Below, in pieces: positions 9,563 through 19,806 of a stretch of DNA of 64,000 nt (its first letter is position 1; each line of letters begins with the position of its first letter). Origin of the DNA: Thermodesulfobacteriota bacterium. Lineage in GTDB: Bacteria; Desulfobacterota_D; UBA1144; Nemesobacterales; UBA2774. A program made the position numbers and the translations under genes. The DNA lies in the NCBI GenBank assembly GCA_965223335.1, contig OZ244991.1, positions 1,792,001 to 1,856,000 of the forward strand, written 5' to 3'. The notes beneath the pieces were generated by a model. The model saw nothing but the letters and a program-made list of their open reading frames with translations. It was not told where the DNA came from and ran no database searches.

Positions 9563-10798
9563 TCAAAATGTGTTCCCTATCTCGGTGAGCCTTACGTCGT
9601 CGATCCATACACTACCTGAGAGGTAGCGGTCTATCCTGTGGCTTTCTTTTCTCCTCAAACGAACCTCTATAGATCTACAATCCGCAGGGGTTCTAAAGGT
9701 GAGCGTCTCTTTGTGCCAATCGTGTGTACCTCTAAGCTGTTTGGTGCTCATGCTAAAGCCCCTGGAATGGGGGCAGTATAGGTTTACATATATACCGTTT
9801 TTAGTAGAGATATCTTTAGTCTTTACGAATAGTGTGAGCTCATACTCGGTATTGGGTTTAACAGCAACTGTTTGTCTTATATGGTAAAAATTCAGGTTTT
9901 TCTTGCCGTCAAATGTAGTTTTAAGTGAGTACTGACCCTTTTCGGAGTCAGAGTCTTTTGTGTAGGTAACACCCTCTAACTCGTTTAACCTCCATCCGAA
10001 CCCCCCGTTTTGGATTTCACCTTCAAAGTCGCCATTCCAAATGCCGTCGAATTCCCCGTAGTCCTCGGCCCATATGGTTTTGGCCTCTTCTACTCTATTT
10101 TGGCGAAGCAAAAAATTGATAAGACGCATGTATAGCTTGTTGTATTCGGTCTTTATGTTATTTGGGCGGTTCCAAAGCTCGATTGCTTCGTCTGTGCGTT
10201 TGGTGTTTATTAGAAACATAAGGTAATGAACAAGTCCGTCATCATGGACGGTATCCAGGATCAGTTGGCTGTCGTCTACCGTCTGCCATAACAGTGTAAA
10301 TGCTTTGTTTCTTCTGTGCGGGTCGACTTTGATTACATTGCTCAGGTTGTCTATTACCGAATCTGTGTCTCCAAGCTTGGCTGCAAGCAGCGCTGCACGC
10401 CAGCGGAGCGATACTGTACCGGGCGACATTTTTACGGCTTGTTTAAAGGCATATGAGGCTTTTTCGCTCTCGTTGTTGTCAGCCAGTGCGTTGGCTAGGT
10501 AGTACCAGTAATCGTAGTTTGTCGGGTTTATCTCAAGAGCCTGTTTGTATCTTTCAATGGCTTTTGATTTAGGGGCTGTATAATCGTAGGTATCTGTGTA
10601 AAAACCCAGTAAAAAATAGAAATCGGGGTTGTCATGTACCAGCCTGATAGCATGCTCTAGCCCTCCCGGCGCCGGCTGGCTTGCATACGTGTATGAGAGT
10701 AAGTTCTTTGTGGTTTTCCAAGCCAGGACGAGAGGGATGCAGATTAAAATAAAGACAGCACCCCACATACGATATCGAGTATTTAGTTTAAACTTCAT
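9563..10798 (-). CDS. Membrane-anchored TPR protein with C-terminal carbohydrate-binding (CBM4/9-like) domain (start 10798 or 10867)
   Basis: N-terminal TM, TPR-like YKQALEINPTNYDYWYYLA, IWNGDFE..GFGW and WIDDVRL beta-sandwich motifs. Confidence 0.75.
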   Translation of the reverse strand: MKFKLNTRYRMWGAVFILICIPLVLAWKTTKNLLSYTYASQPAPGGLEHAIRLVHDNPDFYFLLGFYTDTYDYTAPKSKAIERYKQALEINPTNYDYWYYLANALADNNESEKASYAFKQAVKMSPGTVSLRWRAALLAAKLGDTDSVIDNLSNVIKVDPHRRNKAFTLLWQTVDDSQLILDTVHDDGLVHYLMFLINTKRTDEAIELWNRPNNIKTEYNKLYMRLINFLLRQNRVEEAKTIWAEDYGEFDGIWNGDFEGEIQNGGFGWRLNELEGVTYTKDSDSEKGQYSLKTTFDGKKNLNFYHIRQTVAVKPNTEYELTLFVKTKDISTKNGIYVNLYCPHSRGFSMSTKQLRGTHDWHKETLTFRTPADCRSIEVRLRRKESHRIDRYLSGSVWIDDVRLTEIGNTF

Positions 10799-10883
10799 CT
10801 GTGTAGTAATCGATATGGCCGAATGTATACTTGGTAAGAATGTAGCAAATATAGACCCATCTGGCAATCAGACGGGTCTCGGG

Positions 10884-13292
10884 TCAGGTATTCGGGCTCT
10901 GGAAATCATCCATACTCGGTCCGTCTTCAGACGACTTGGCCGTTAATTTATCCAGGTCCTCCGGCTCGTCGTCAGTATTATAGTAGTCATAAGTTTTGTA
11001 ATAGTAGTAACCACTTGTGTTTTGTTCGATCCCGTTAACTATTACACCCAAGAAATTGGCTCTTAGATTCCACAACCTGTCTATGAGCTCCCTAATGGAC
11101 TCGCGAGGAGTTTTCCCCGCCCTCACAACTACCGATACACCGTCTACAAGGTTTGAAAGTATATGAGAGTCGACAAACCCTAGTGCCGGCGGTCCGTCCA
11201 CTATCACGTAGTCATATCTCTCTTTCAGTGTGTCGATCAGTTCTTTCATTTGGAAAGAGCCTAGCAGCTCGGCAGGGTTTACCGGAATAGGCCCTACTGT
11301 GATAACCGAGAGATTGGGGATCTCGCCGTCTCTAATAACCTCGTCTAGAGTGGCGTTACCCGTCAGGTAGTTGCTAAGACCTTGGTGGTGCTTGTCCAAG
11401 ATCTTCGATATTCGAGGGCGTCTTAGATCTGCTTCGAGCAGAATTACACTGTTGCCGGCCTGCGCGAATGACGAAGCCAAGTTAATGGACACCGTTGTTT
11501 TGCCCTCTGAAGGGAAGCAGCTTGTAACAAGTATGGCCCTGGGAGCCTGCCCGGGTGTCGAAAGCAATAGCGAAGTGCGTATAGTCCTAAATGCTTCAGA
11601 TATCTGCGATCTCGGGTTCATGAGGAATGATTTTTCTACCTGCTGAGCATCGTTTTCCTTGCCTGATTTCAACTCGTAAATCCCCCCGAGTACAGGCAGC
11701 TTAAGAGTATCCCGGACCTCTTCGGGTGACTTGATCGTGTTGTCGAAGTACTCCATGAAGAACGCGATAAATACCCCGCCCATTACTCCAATGAAACAGG
11801 CAAACAAGAGGTTTAGAGTGATATTGGGCTTATACGGCCTAATCGGTATCTGAGCGCGGTCAACCACCTGGATGTTGCTTGATCTCATGTTGATGGCAAC
11901 CTGTGTCTCCTTAAGGCGCTGGAGCAGTGAGTCTAGGATGGATTTATTGGTGTCGACCTCTCGTTTTAGTATATTGTACTGGATTGCTTTTTCGTTTAGT
12001 GCCGAGGCTAAAACCTTCTGTTCGTCGTGTCTTTTCCGAAGGGTTTCTTCTTTTTTTAGAGCGGCTTGGTAATCGGACTCTATCGATGCGGCCAGGCTTG
12101 TAGTAGCTTCGTTTATTTTACGCTCGAGCTCTGCTACCTTAGCCCCCAGTTCCTTTACCTTGGGGTAGCCCGGTTTAAATGTGGCACTCAACTGACTGTA
12201 TTCTGAGCGTACACGGGCCAGCTCGGATTTTAGATCCTGCACGTATGTGTCATTTACAACCTGAGGTAGTGCGTCCACATTACCGTTTTGCACGTGGCTA
12301 TGAAGCGCTTCTTTCTCTAACCTAGCGGTCTCTGCTTTTGCCAGTGCATCGTTTAGCTCAGAAAAGGTGTGATAGGTGAGGTTCATTTTCTCGTCAAGCG
12401 ACACAATATTGCTCTGTTTAGCAAAATCGTTTAGCTCCTCTTCGGATTTCTCGAGGTTTGCTTGAGCTTTTTGAATCTGTTGTTTTAAGAAGTCTTTGCC
12501 CTGTTCGGTGGCATCAATTTTTCTGTTGATAATCCAGTCTATATATGATTCGCTTAGTGCATTTACTGCTGCTGCGGCGAGCTCACGGTCATTTGACCTA
12601 AAGCTAATGTCCACCAGGCGTGAATTGCCTATGGGATTTACATCTATGCGCCCGAGAAACTTATTGATAAGAGAGTTTTGTTTACCTATTTCAGACAGGT
12701 CTTTGCCCTCATTCTCAAGCTCTTCGTCGGTGGGTTTGATTATTATGCTCTTAACACCTTTTATAGTTCCCGAGATTATGCTTTTACTGCCGTCCACAAT
12801 GCTGGCGACCAGATTTTTATCTTTTTTCTCGGTAGAGAACTCAGGGTGTTCCGACAGGTTTAACTTATCGGTCACTTGTTTGGCAAGGGATTTACTCTTT
12901 AACAGCAGGTACTGTGTTTCGTAGAATTCGTCTGATTTTGTCTCGAACTCCACAACCTGGTCAAAGTTTACGACCCTAGGGTTTTCTAACGATATCTCTA
13001 GTTTTGCTGTGGCTTTGTATACGGGTTCAGAGAGCAGTGTCCCGATAATCGTTGTGAGTACGACTATGCCAAAGAACGCCAGGATTATTTTCTTTCTTCT
13101 GAGCAGTACGTCGATGTACTGTTGTATACTGCTCTCGTCGTCTACGGGATAGGCCTTAATGATATCGGGTGTTTGGGGATATCCGCGTAGAGCCCGGCTC
13201 TCGTGCTCGGGCACAAGGTATCTGCCATGAGGCTCTTCGTTACGTCTGTTTCCGTATCTATCGTCCCCGTATCTATCGTCGTTATATTCCAT
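10884..13292 (-). CDS. wzc: Polysaccharide co-polymerase / BY tyrosine kinase
   Basis: Two TMs flanking coiled coil, EAFRTIRT, SCFPSEGKTT Walker A, ADLRRP, Tyr cluster GYYYYKTYDYY. Confidence 0.93.
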   Translation of the reverse strand: MEYNDDRYGDDRYGNRRNEEPHGRYLVPEHESRALRGYPQTPDIIKAYPVDDESSIQQYIDVLLRRKKIILAFFGIVVLTTIIGTLLSEPVYKATAKLEISLENPRVVNFDQVVEFETKSDEFYETQYLLLKSKSLAKQVTDKLNLSEHPEFSTEKKDKNLVASIVDGSKSIISGTIKGVKSIIIKPTDEELENEGKDLSEIGKQNSLINKFLGRIDVNPIGNSRLVDISFRSNDRELAAAAVNALSESYIDWIINRKIDATEQGKDFLKQQIQKAQANLEKSEEELNDFAKQSNIVSLDEKMNLTYHTFSELNDALAKAETARLEKEALHSHVQNGNVDALPQVVNDTYVQDLKSELARVRSEYSQLSATFKPGYPKVKELGAKVAELERKINEATTSLAASIESDYQAALKKEETLRKRHDEQKVLASALNEKAIQYNILKREVDTNKSILDSLLQRLKETQVAINMRSSNIQVVDRAQIPIRPYKPNITLNLLFACFIGVMGGVFIAFFMEYFDNTIKSPEEVRDTLKLPVLGGIYELKSGKENDAQQVEKSFLMNPRSQISEAFRTIRTSLLLSTPGQAPRAILVTSCFPSEGKTTVSINLASSFAQAGNSVILLEADLRRPRISKILDKHHQGLSNYLTGNATLDEVIRDGEIPNLSVITVGPIPVNPAELLGSFQMKELIDTLKERYDYVIVDGPPALGFVDSHILSNLVDGVSVVVRAGKTPRESIRELIDRLWNLRANFLGVIVNGIEQNTSGYYYYKTYDYYNTDDEPEDLDKLTAKSSEDGPSMDDFQSPNT

Positions 13293-13326
13293 CGGTTACT
13301 TCTCCTTTTGCTTTGATGCTCTCTTC

Positions 13327-14316
13327 TTACTGTACTCCTACGCTAAACGGCGGGAAAAATAGCCCAAGCTTAATAGCATCGAAAAAGCTCTTGAAAGCAC
13401 TTTTCCCCACTACAACATAGTCCTGATCCTCTAGCAATATGTCTGTCTGTGTGCCCTCTTGAATCTCTTTTAGGTCAACCGGAGTTACTTGTACTGCTCC
13501 GTTTATATTTCGAACCAATCTCACATCCGATCCTTTTGCCACTTTGTTTAATCCGCCCGCTGCGGTAACAGCCTGGCTCACAGTCATATCCTCTTGTATT
13601 GGGAACTTCCCTGGTGTAACAACAGCCCCGTCTACATAAACAACACCAGCTTCGGGTACAAACACTACATCCCCCATGTGTACAGCAACGTTGAGTTGTG
13701 TTTGACCCTCTTCAAGCAATGCGTCTAAGTCGATCTCTACAGCACTCTCCGTGCCGTCTCTGTGTTTTCTGGTTACGAATGCAGTCTCGCTGGCATCTTC
13801 GGCAAGCCCGCCGGCTAGAGCAAGTGCATCCAACAGAGTGCCCTTGCTAAGGAGTTCATAGGTGCCTGGATTGTTTACGCTGCCTATAACGGCCACACGC
13901 TGGCTCCTATACTCTTTTATAGCTATGACCACGTGTGGGTCGTGCATGTATTTTTCTGAGAGCAGAGAGGCTACCCTCTCCTCGGCACCAACAGAGGTAA
14001 GCCCGGCGACATCGATTTTTCCAAGCAGTGGAAAGGAAATGGAGTTTTGAGCTGTGACGCGTGCTTCGGTGTTTAGGTCAGGGGCTTCAAGGACCTGTAT
14101 ATCAAGCAAATCCCCAGGGCCTATTATATAGTCTGTAGCTGCGTGTTCAGCGAATGTTTCTTGAGTGATTAACTGGTTGAGCTTTTCGTTGTGCGGATTA
14201 GTTTGCTGCTTGGCATTCGGTTGGTTATAGGGGCCGCTAGCGGATTGCTTGCCCCCACAACCACCCAATAATCCGATCAAAATTACTATGCAACTTAGGA
14301 CAACTCCATATCTCAT
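13327..14316 (-). CDS. wza: Polysaccharide export lipoprotein (OPX)
   Basis: Lipobox LLGGC, YIIGPGDLLDI Poly_export motif, two SLBB domains. Confidence 0.9.
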   Translation of the reverse strand: MRYGVVLSCIVILIGLLGGCGGKQSASGPYNQPNAKQQTNPHNEKLNQLITQETFAEHAATDYIIGPGDLLDIQVLEAPDLNTEARVTAQNSISFPLLGKIDVAGLTSVGAEERVASLLSEKYMHDPHVVIAIKEYRSQRVAVIGSVNNPGTYELLSKGTLLDALALAGGLAEDASETAFVTRKHRDGTESAVEIDLDALLEEGQTQLNVAVHMGDVVFVPEAGVVYVDGAVVTPGKFPIQEDMTVSQAVTAAGGLNKVAKGSDVRLVRNINGAVQVTPVDLKEIQEGTQTDILLEDQDYVVVGKSAFKSFFDAIKLGLFFPPFSVGVQ

Positions 14317-14419
14317 TATATGACCTCTGCTTCTCTTTGTTTAACTTGTTTTGACCCAGATACAACTAACTACTATCTTATGTGCCTTTATGCTATGAAA
14401 ATCTAATTAAAGATAATAG

Positions 14420-15160
14420 TTACTGACTGTTTGTCACAGGGCTCACGGGGTCATCACTGCTACCACCACTGTTACCTGTTGTTGCTCCTACAACACCCCC
14501 TGTAACTGCCGCAGCACCCGCTGTAAGCGGTATCAATATAGGCGCTATTGCAGGCTTGCAACACCCGTTTTTGCTCTCGAACCTCTCATAAGGATCTTGA
14601 ACCATAGGGCTGGCTAATGCATCGCCGGGTTCTAAAACAGTAGTACCGGTGGGGGCTACAAAATCGGATTTGCTCTCGATCTGAAATGAGGCTGTAATCC
14701 CCTCGGTAGTGTTACTGCGACCCTGTGCGTAGTACGTGTAATTAGCCTGCTTGGTAGTCTCCGCGTGTGTCACAGTGTCAGCCGTAGGTGTATCGATCTT
14801 ATAAGGAGCATTTGTTTCGAAACAGTAACACGCCTCACCCTCGTCGCCCTCCATCATCGAGAGGCCGGTGTTACCGTCTCCAATATGCTCTACCTTATAT
14901 ACCGACTCCTTAATTATTACGTATCTGCCACCCTCAACCTCAAGTGTTGCTTCTCCGTCGTCTAGCGTGTCAATTACTGCCTGGTCGTATATGGGATATT
15001 TTTCGTTCTTGAGTTCGACTACACTTCCGTCGCTTAAGGTGACAACCACCTCATTCTTAACCTTCATCTCTCCTAAAGAGAGGTCTGCAAAAGAATATGA
15101 CGCTGGAATAAGCATTATCATTGCCAACACAAGCGCCATATTTTTTATTGTTGCCAACAT
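14420..15160 (-). CDS. Secreted FecR-like domain protein with hydrophobic Gly/Ala C-terminal tail
   Basis: GGAGG SD before ATG 15160; signal peptide ending SYSFA; IDTPTA FecR-like strand; tail PILIPLTAGAAAVTGGVVGA...SDDPVSPV. Confidence 0.7.
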   Translation of the reverse strand: MLATIKNMALVLAMIMLIPASYSFADLSLGEMKVKNEVVVTLSDGSVVELKNEKYPIYDQAVIDTLDDGEATLEVEGGRYVIIKESVYKVEHIGDGNTGLSMMEGDEGEACYCFETNAPYKIDTPTADTVTHAETTKQANYTYYAQGRSNTTEGITASFQIESKSDFVAPTGTTVLEPGDALASPMVQDPYERFESKNGCCKPAIAPILIPLTAGAAAVTGGVVGATTGNSGGSSDDPVSPVTNSQ

Positions 15161-15194
15161 AAAAACCTCCTCCAAACAATAAAATATTATTAAA

Positions 15195-15224
15195 AGTATA
15201 CGGCACCCGACCACTGTAAGTCAA
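15195..15224 (-). promoter_or_regulatory. Sigma70-like promoter of the left export operon
   Basis: TTGACT-N18-TATACT on the minus strand, ~35 nt upstream of ATG 15160. Confidence 0.65.
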
Positions 15225-15520
15225 CGGGACTTTGGTTGGTCTTTTGTTGGAAAAAAGTATAGATTTAACATATTTGCTTAATACTAAAGTATTAATGCAA
15301 AAAAATCCACTATACAGAATACTGATCAATAATGATAAATATTGCATTTTTGCGCTTATTATTAGTGAAGAGGACGGAATGCGTAATGTTTCAACTATTA
15401 TTGCTTGGAATTGTTGTTAACTAATTTGGCAGATGGCAATGTATCTATATGCCGTATTATGGAATACGCTAAATAATTTGCCCAAAGGTTTTAACGTAGC
15501 ATAGGTTCAACGGTTGCGGG

Positions 15521-16804
15521 CTATAAACCGAGAGTTTTCTTTAAATTGGTCATATCGTAGTGGGGCTCGCCCCTGTTCTTAGCATGCTCGTATAGTAGCT
15601 CCAGTTCCTCAATCAATCCCAATAGCTTAGTTCTGGAGCTTTTTGCGAGTGCAGCTTCACGGGGGGTAAGACCGTTGAGTACTGGGTGGGGGGTGTCGAG
15701 CCATCTCTCATAGTAATCGTCCAGGTCGTCTGTAACATGCTTACTCGATGGTGTTTCTTCTATTTCGGTGTTGGTGATGCTGTCGTCATCAATATCAGTA
15801 TGCGTTTTGTTATCGGGCTTTCTGATTTTGTCTTCTATATGAGTCAATAGACCTTTTAACTCTTTTTCGAGCTTATTCTTGGCCTTTTCAAGCATCTCGA
15901 GTGTATGGCATGTGATCGAAAGTCTTTTGTCCTCAATTTCGAGTGTGCCGGTAATTTGGTTTCTGCCTTTTTTCTCCCAGCTAAACACAAGCAGGTCCTG
16001 GGTATTCCCTGTAATCTCTACTAAAGATTTAATCTTACTTATTTTGTTGAGTGCACTCGACGGGTCTGAAAGCTCATAGACAGCTGTGGCAACAATAAAC
16101 TCATCCCCCTCGGGAGTTAGGTATGCTGGTTTGCTTACGGTTTTTTCTATAAATTGCCCGATCATATAACCCCAGTCCTTAAGGTAGTTATCTATTCCAC
16201 TGCTTTTGTCTACAGACTTCTTATATTCTTTGATATCTTTATTTACAAATTCTATGATTAGGGGTTTAAATGATGACGGATAGACGCAGATTATGCCCGA
16301 GAGGTAGGTGTTTCGGCCTGTTTTAAGGGGTCTTGCTCCCAGTATATCTTTGGTCTTGATCTGCTTGGATGCCGCTTTATCCACAACACTAAGTTTATGG
16401 CCCGTAAATATATCTTTGATTCTTATTGTAGACGGGTCTTTTAGATCAATAACCTCAAAGTAGCTGTATACGTTTTGCGTCCAGCTTTCAAGTAAACTCA
16501 CCTCGTCTACTGAGAGATTTTCGGACTCTATGCGTTTAAACCTTTCGATCACCCTCTCCTTGGTATCGAACAGCCGAAAATCGTAGAGAAACCAGTCAAA
16601 GAATTTCTCAAACGTGATATCGTCGATTTTATCTTCTGTGAGATCGTCGCTTATGAGTTCGGGGTCGTTCTTCCATATATAAAAGGCCTCGCCTATCTGG
16701 GCCTGTATGTCTGGGTGCTCGGAAAACTCGACCATTTTAAGCCTGAGCTCATTGTCGGTTTTATCAATTGACTCTTGGTCTTTGGTAATTTTATTTGTTG
16801 ACAT
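15521..16804 (-). CDS. Hypothetical protein with C-terminal MbcA/ParS/Xre-antitoxin-like (DUF2384-like) motif (start 16804 or 16828)
   Basis: Long ORF; YYERWLDTPHPVLNGLTPREAA motif. Confidence 0.65.
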   Translation of the reverse strand: MSTNKITKDQESIDKTDNELRLKMVEFSEHPDIQAQIGEAFYIWKNDPELISDDLTEDKIDDITFEKFFDWFLYDFRLFDTKERVIERFKRIESENLSVDEVSLLESWTQNVYSYFEVIDLKDPSTIRIKDIFTGHKLSVVDKAASKQIKTKDILGARPLKTGRNTYLSGIICVYPSSFKPLIIEFVNKDIKEYKKSVDKSSGIDNYLKDWGYMIGQFIEKTVSKPAYLTPEGDEFIVATAVYELSDPSSALNKISKIKSLVEITGNTQDLLVFSWEKKGRNQITGTLEIEDKRLSITCHTLEMLEKAKNKLEKELKGLLTHIEDKIRKPDNKTHTDIDDDSITNTEIEETPSSKHVTDDLDDYYERWLDTPHPVLNGLTPREAALAKSSRTKLLGLIEELELLYEHAKNRGEPHYDMTNLKKTLGL

Positions 16805-16898
16805 GACCCGGGTTTCGGAAAATTTCAATTATCCTGTGGACCCTATCTAATATACCTTAACATTTTTCGTTTGATTACATAGCGGACAATTATAAACC

Positions 16899-17360
16899 TT
16901 AGAGCTCACCAAATTTTTGTAAGAGTACATCTTGGCGATAATCGAAGATCTGCTGAATCTCTTTTTTAACCAGCAGTTTTTGTACGGGTCTTGATAGATG
17001 GTCAAAAAATAGACCGTAATAGATAAGGTCTTTCATTTCCACCCCGTCCTCGATCTCTTTAAACATATGTTGGTGCTGCCAGAATTTAAAAGGTCCGAAC
17101 CTTTGTTCATCTATGAAGTAATTGGGTTTATTCACATGTTTGATCTCGGCAACCCACCTGATCTTGATGTTGACAATGGGTGTAACCGTGTACTCGATGA
17201 TCATCCCTTCATACATCTCCTCACTGGGCAGGGAGATCATCGTGAAATTGAGTGACGGGGGTGTGATGTCCTTTAGGTTTAAGGGGTTAGAAAAATAATT
17301 CCAACACTCTTCGATCGAGATTGGGAAACTCTGGGTCCTTTCAAATTGATGCATTTTCAT
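16899..17360 (-). CDS. SRPBCC family protein
   Basis: FSNPLNLKDITPP, FIDEQRFGPFKFWQHQH motifs. Confidence 0.88.
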   Translation of the reverse strand: MKMHQFERTQSFPISIEECWNYFSNPLNLKDITPPSLNFTMISLPSEEMYEGMIIEYTVTPIVNIKIRWVAEIKHVNKPNYFIDEQRFGPFKFWQHQHMFKEIEDGVEMKDLIYYGLFFDHLSRPVQKLLVKKEIQQIFDYRQDVLLQKFGEL

Positions 17361-17400
17361 AGCATTTGAGTCCTTAAGTGTCCATTCCAGGACTAAGCGT

Positions 17401-18369
17401 TCAGATATTCCTCCCCTTACCCGAGTCGGTTATCAGGTTTAGGTCTTTTGGGTATGGTTTGAAATATGTTTGATTGCCAAGGTACTCTACCTCAAATTTT
17501 GTGATCCACGATCTTAGTACCGTGAGCACTGCGCTAAGTGGGATTCTTTTATCTCGATAGTCCTGGAGCAGGTCAAGAAAAAATGCCTTTTCGCTTTTTT
17601 TGAGCTCTTTTGAAAAGTACCCGAGAGCGTGCATGAGCACGTTTATATTGCTTGTGCTGCGGGGTATGTGGTTTAGCGATTTTTGAAGATGTGTTTTGTA
17701 TTGATCAAAGACTTTGTCAATGTCGAGTTTATCCTGGTTGGCAGCAATTCGTCCCAGCTGGCGCATCTCTTGTTGGTTGTAAGACATAAGGAGCAGTTTG
17801 TTACGGGACTGGAAATCAACAAGAGCTTTCGCCGATCTCAATTTCCTAGCAAGCCTAAATCTCATGTTGGTAAAAAGTTTTGTTAAAAAGTGCTCCCTTA
17901 TCCTATAATTTCTTATCCTGCCCTCGTCCTCAACGGCAATCCCCGGCAATCTCTCGATCACTTTCTCTGCGAACAGACCCGGGCCCCTGCCGGTGGCCAT
18001 ATCACTCTCCATAGACGGGAACCGCTTAGCGTCCCTAACACCGCACGAAGGGGACCTGCTCTTTAGGATTATCCCGTCAATATCAGTCACTTTGTTTAGG
18101 TAATTATCGGCAAAGCTCATCATCTTTTTTGTTATATCTAGACCTGTGGTGGGTTGAACTAGTTTTGTACCCCCCTTTTTACTCACAATTCGAATAGGGT
18201 CTCGGGGAACCCCAAGCCCGATTTCAAGCTCGGGACAGACCGGCAGGAAGTTAACATGGGGTTTTAGATCATTAACAAAATTGTTGGGTATAACCTGCCC
18301 GTTATACCTGCAAGCATCAAACTCAAGACATTTACTGATCAAAACGTTTGGCTTGGAATCGGTCCCCAT
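17401..18369 (-). CDS. DUF523 (2-thiouracil desulfurase-like) plus DUF1722 protein, YbgA family
   Basis: ISKCL...CRYNG, VCPELEIGLGVPR, KSRSPSCG, NVLMHALGYF motifs. Confidence 0.88.
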   Translation of the reverse strand: MGTDSKPNVLISKCLEFDACRYNGQVIPNNFVNDLKPHVNFLPVCPELEIGLGVPRDPIRIVSKKGGTKLVQPTTGLDITKKMMSFADNYLNKVTDIDGIILKSRSPSCGVRDAKRFPSMESDMATGRGPGLFAEKVIERLPGIAVEDEGRIRNYRIREHFLTKLFTNMRFRLARKLRSAKALVDFQSRNKLLLMSYNQQEMRQLGRIAANQDKLDIDKVFDQYKTHLQKSLNHIPRSTSNINVLMHALGYFSKELKKSEKAFFLDLLQDYRDKRIPLSAVLTVLRSWITKFEVEYLGNQTYFKPYPKDLNLITDSGKGRNI

Positions 18370-18530
18370 AATCTAAACCTATCATAATAATATCGGTCTT
18401 CATATATAAAGTATAATGATCAGTTATAAGCAACAAAGCCATACTCTTTTTATTTCGATAGTTTTGAATAAATATTAGGAACATACTCGGACCAATTTGT
18501 TATGTGATTGTGTAGGGCCTCTGTCGTTCC

Positions 18531-19697
18531 CTAACTCATCGAGTCGGTGTTGGGTGGGGTGGGCAGTCCTGTTAATAGCCACAAAATCACAAAAACCAAT
18601 GCACATATGACGGGATATATGGGGTTTAAGTGATAGAGATACCCTGCCAGCATCCCGCCGATAGATGCTCCTAAGAAACTAGAGAGGCTATAGAACCCTG
18701 TAGATGTGCCGCGGTTTTCCTGTGGTACGCGTTGGGTGAGGAACGCTGGGATTAGGGATTGAAACAGTGTGTGTCCCAGGAAAAAGGTTATGCCTACCGT
18801 ATAGAGCAGGAATTTGGAGTCGTCGGTCCATATATAGAGCACAAAGCTAACGAGAGTCAACACCCATGCAGTCTTTGTGGGCAGGCCCATACTGCCCTTT
18901 CTCTCGGAGTGGCGTACGTAGGGGAACACGAGCAACGCACTTGGGATGAGTACTATAATATATACCTTCCATAGCTCCTGTTTTGTTACACCCGAAGCGG
19001 TCCATGTGAGCTGGTATATAAATACAAACAGGTTTACTGTTAAAGAGACCACAAGGCCCGATATGTAAAGCCTTCTAAGCTCTATATCCGTGAGTAAATT
19101 CAATATCTCTTTTAGTCGTTGACGTTTGTTATTGGTTTTTATAGAAGGGAACAAGAATATGGTTGCCAACATTGCAATAACACCTAGTCCTGCCAGTATA
19201 AAAAACAGGTTCTTAAAACCGAATTCCGCTGCCAAAATAGGCCCGCTTATTATCGCGATTAAAAATGCCATACCTATGGCAATCCCCGTGATGCTAAACA
19301 CCTGGGTTCGCATGGACGGGCGGCTTAGGTCCCCGAGCGACGCTATGGCCACTGCACCCACTGCACCCCCGCCTTGAATAGCACGGGCAAAGATCAGCTG
19401 ATCTATACTGTTTGAGAGCCCGCACACGATACTGCCGATGGTAAAGAGCCCAAGCCCTATAAGTATCATCGGCTTTCTGCCAATCTTATCACTGGCCCAG
19501 CCGAAAGGGATTTGCAACAGGCTCTGTGTAAGTGCATAGATACCAAAGGCTACACCCGCAGATGCTACGGTAGCACCCGGGTAGTTGACCGTGTAAACGC
19601 TAAACACCGGTAGTATCAAGAATATCCCTAAAAGCCGTATGGCAAGTATTGAACTTACCGATATTACAGCCCTTAGCTCTTCTCTGCTGAATTTCAT
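18531..19697 (-). CDS. MFS transporter (YajR-like; start 19697 or 19745)
   Basis: About 12 TMs; QIPFGWASDKIGRKP MFS motif A. Confidence 0.9.
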   Translation of the reverse strand: MKFSREELRAVISVSSILAIRLLGIFLILPVFSVYTVNYPGATVASAGVAFGIYALTQSLLQIPFGWASDKIGRKPMILIGLGLFTIGSIVCGLSNSIDQLIFARAIQGGGAVGAVAIASLGDLSRPSMRTQVFSITGIAIGMAFLIAIISGPILAAEFGFKNLFFILAGLGVIAMLATIFLFPSIKTNNKRQRLKEILNLLTDIELRRLYISGLVVSLTVNLFVFIYQLTWTASGVTKQELWKVYIIVLIPSALLVFPYVRHSERKGSMGLPTKTAWVLTLVSFVLYIWTDDSKFLLYTVGITFFLGHTLFQSLIPAFLTQRVPQENRGTSTGFYSLSSFLGASIGGMLAGYLYHLNPIYPVICALVFVILWLLTGLPTPPNTDSMS

Positions 19698-19806
19698 AGT
19701 TTTACAATTTCCGGGTCTCTCAAAGCGCTTTAGTGTAACACGCACTGATTAAATTGATACAACCCCGGATTGATAGAACACTGGGTGCGTGTTAATTTTA
19801 TTTTCG

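Noticed and set aside
13250..13282. Short direct repeat encoding DDRYG twice at the start of wzc
   Set aside because: Two-copy micro-duplication in a variable N-terminus with no evident function
14420..15160. PEP-CTERM protein or FecIR anti-sigma factor
   Set aside because: No PEP motif, basic tail or exosortase; cleavable signal peptide and no adjacent ECF sigma or TonB-dependent receptor
15521..16804. Toxin-antitoxin system from the MbcA/ParS-like motif
   Set aside because: No RES toxin nearby; the motif is a small C-terminal part of a large protein
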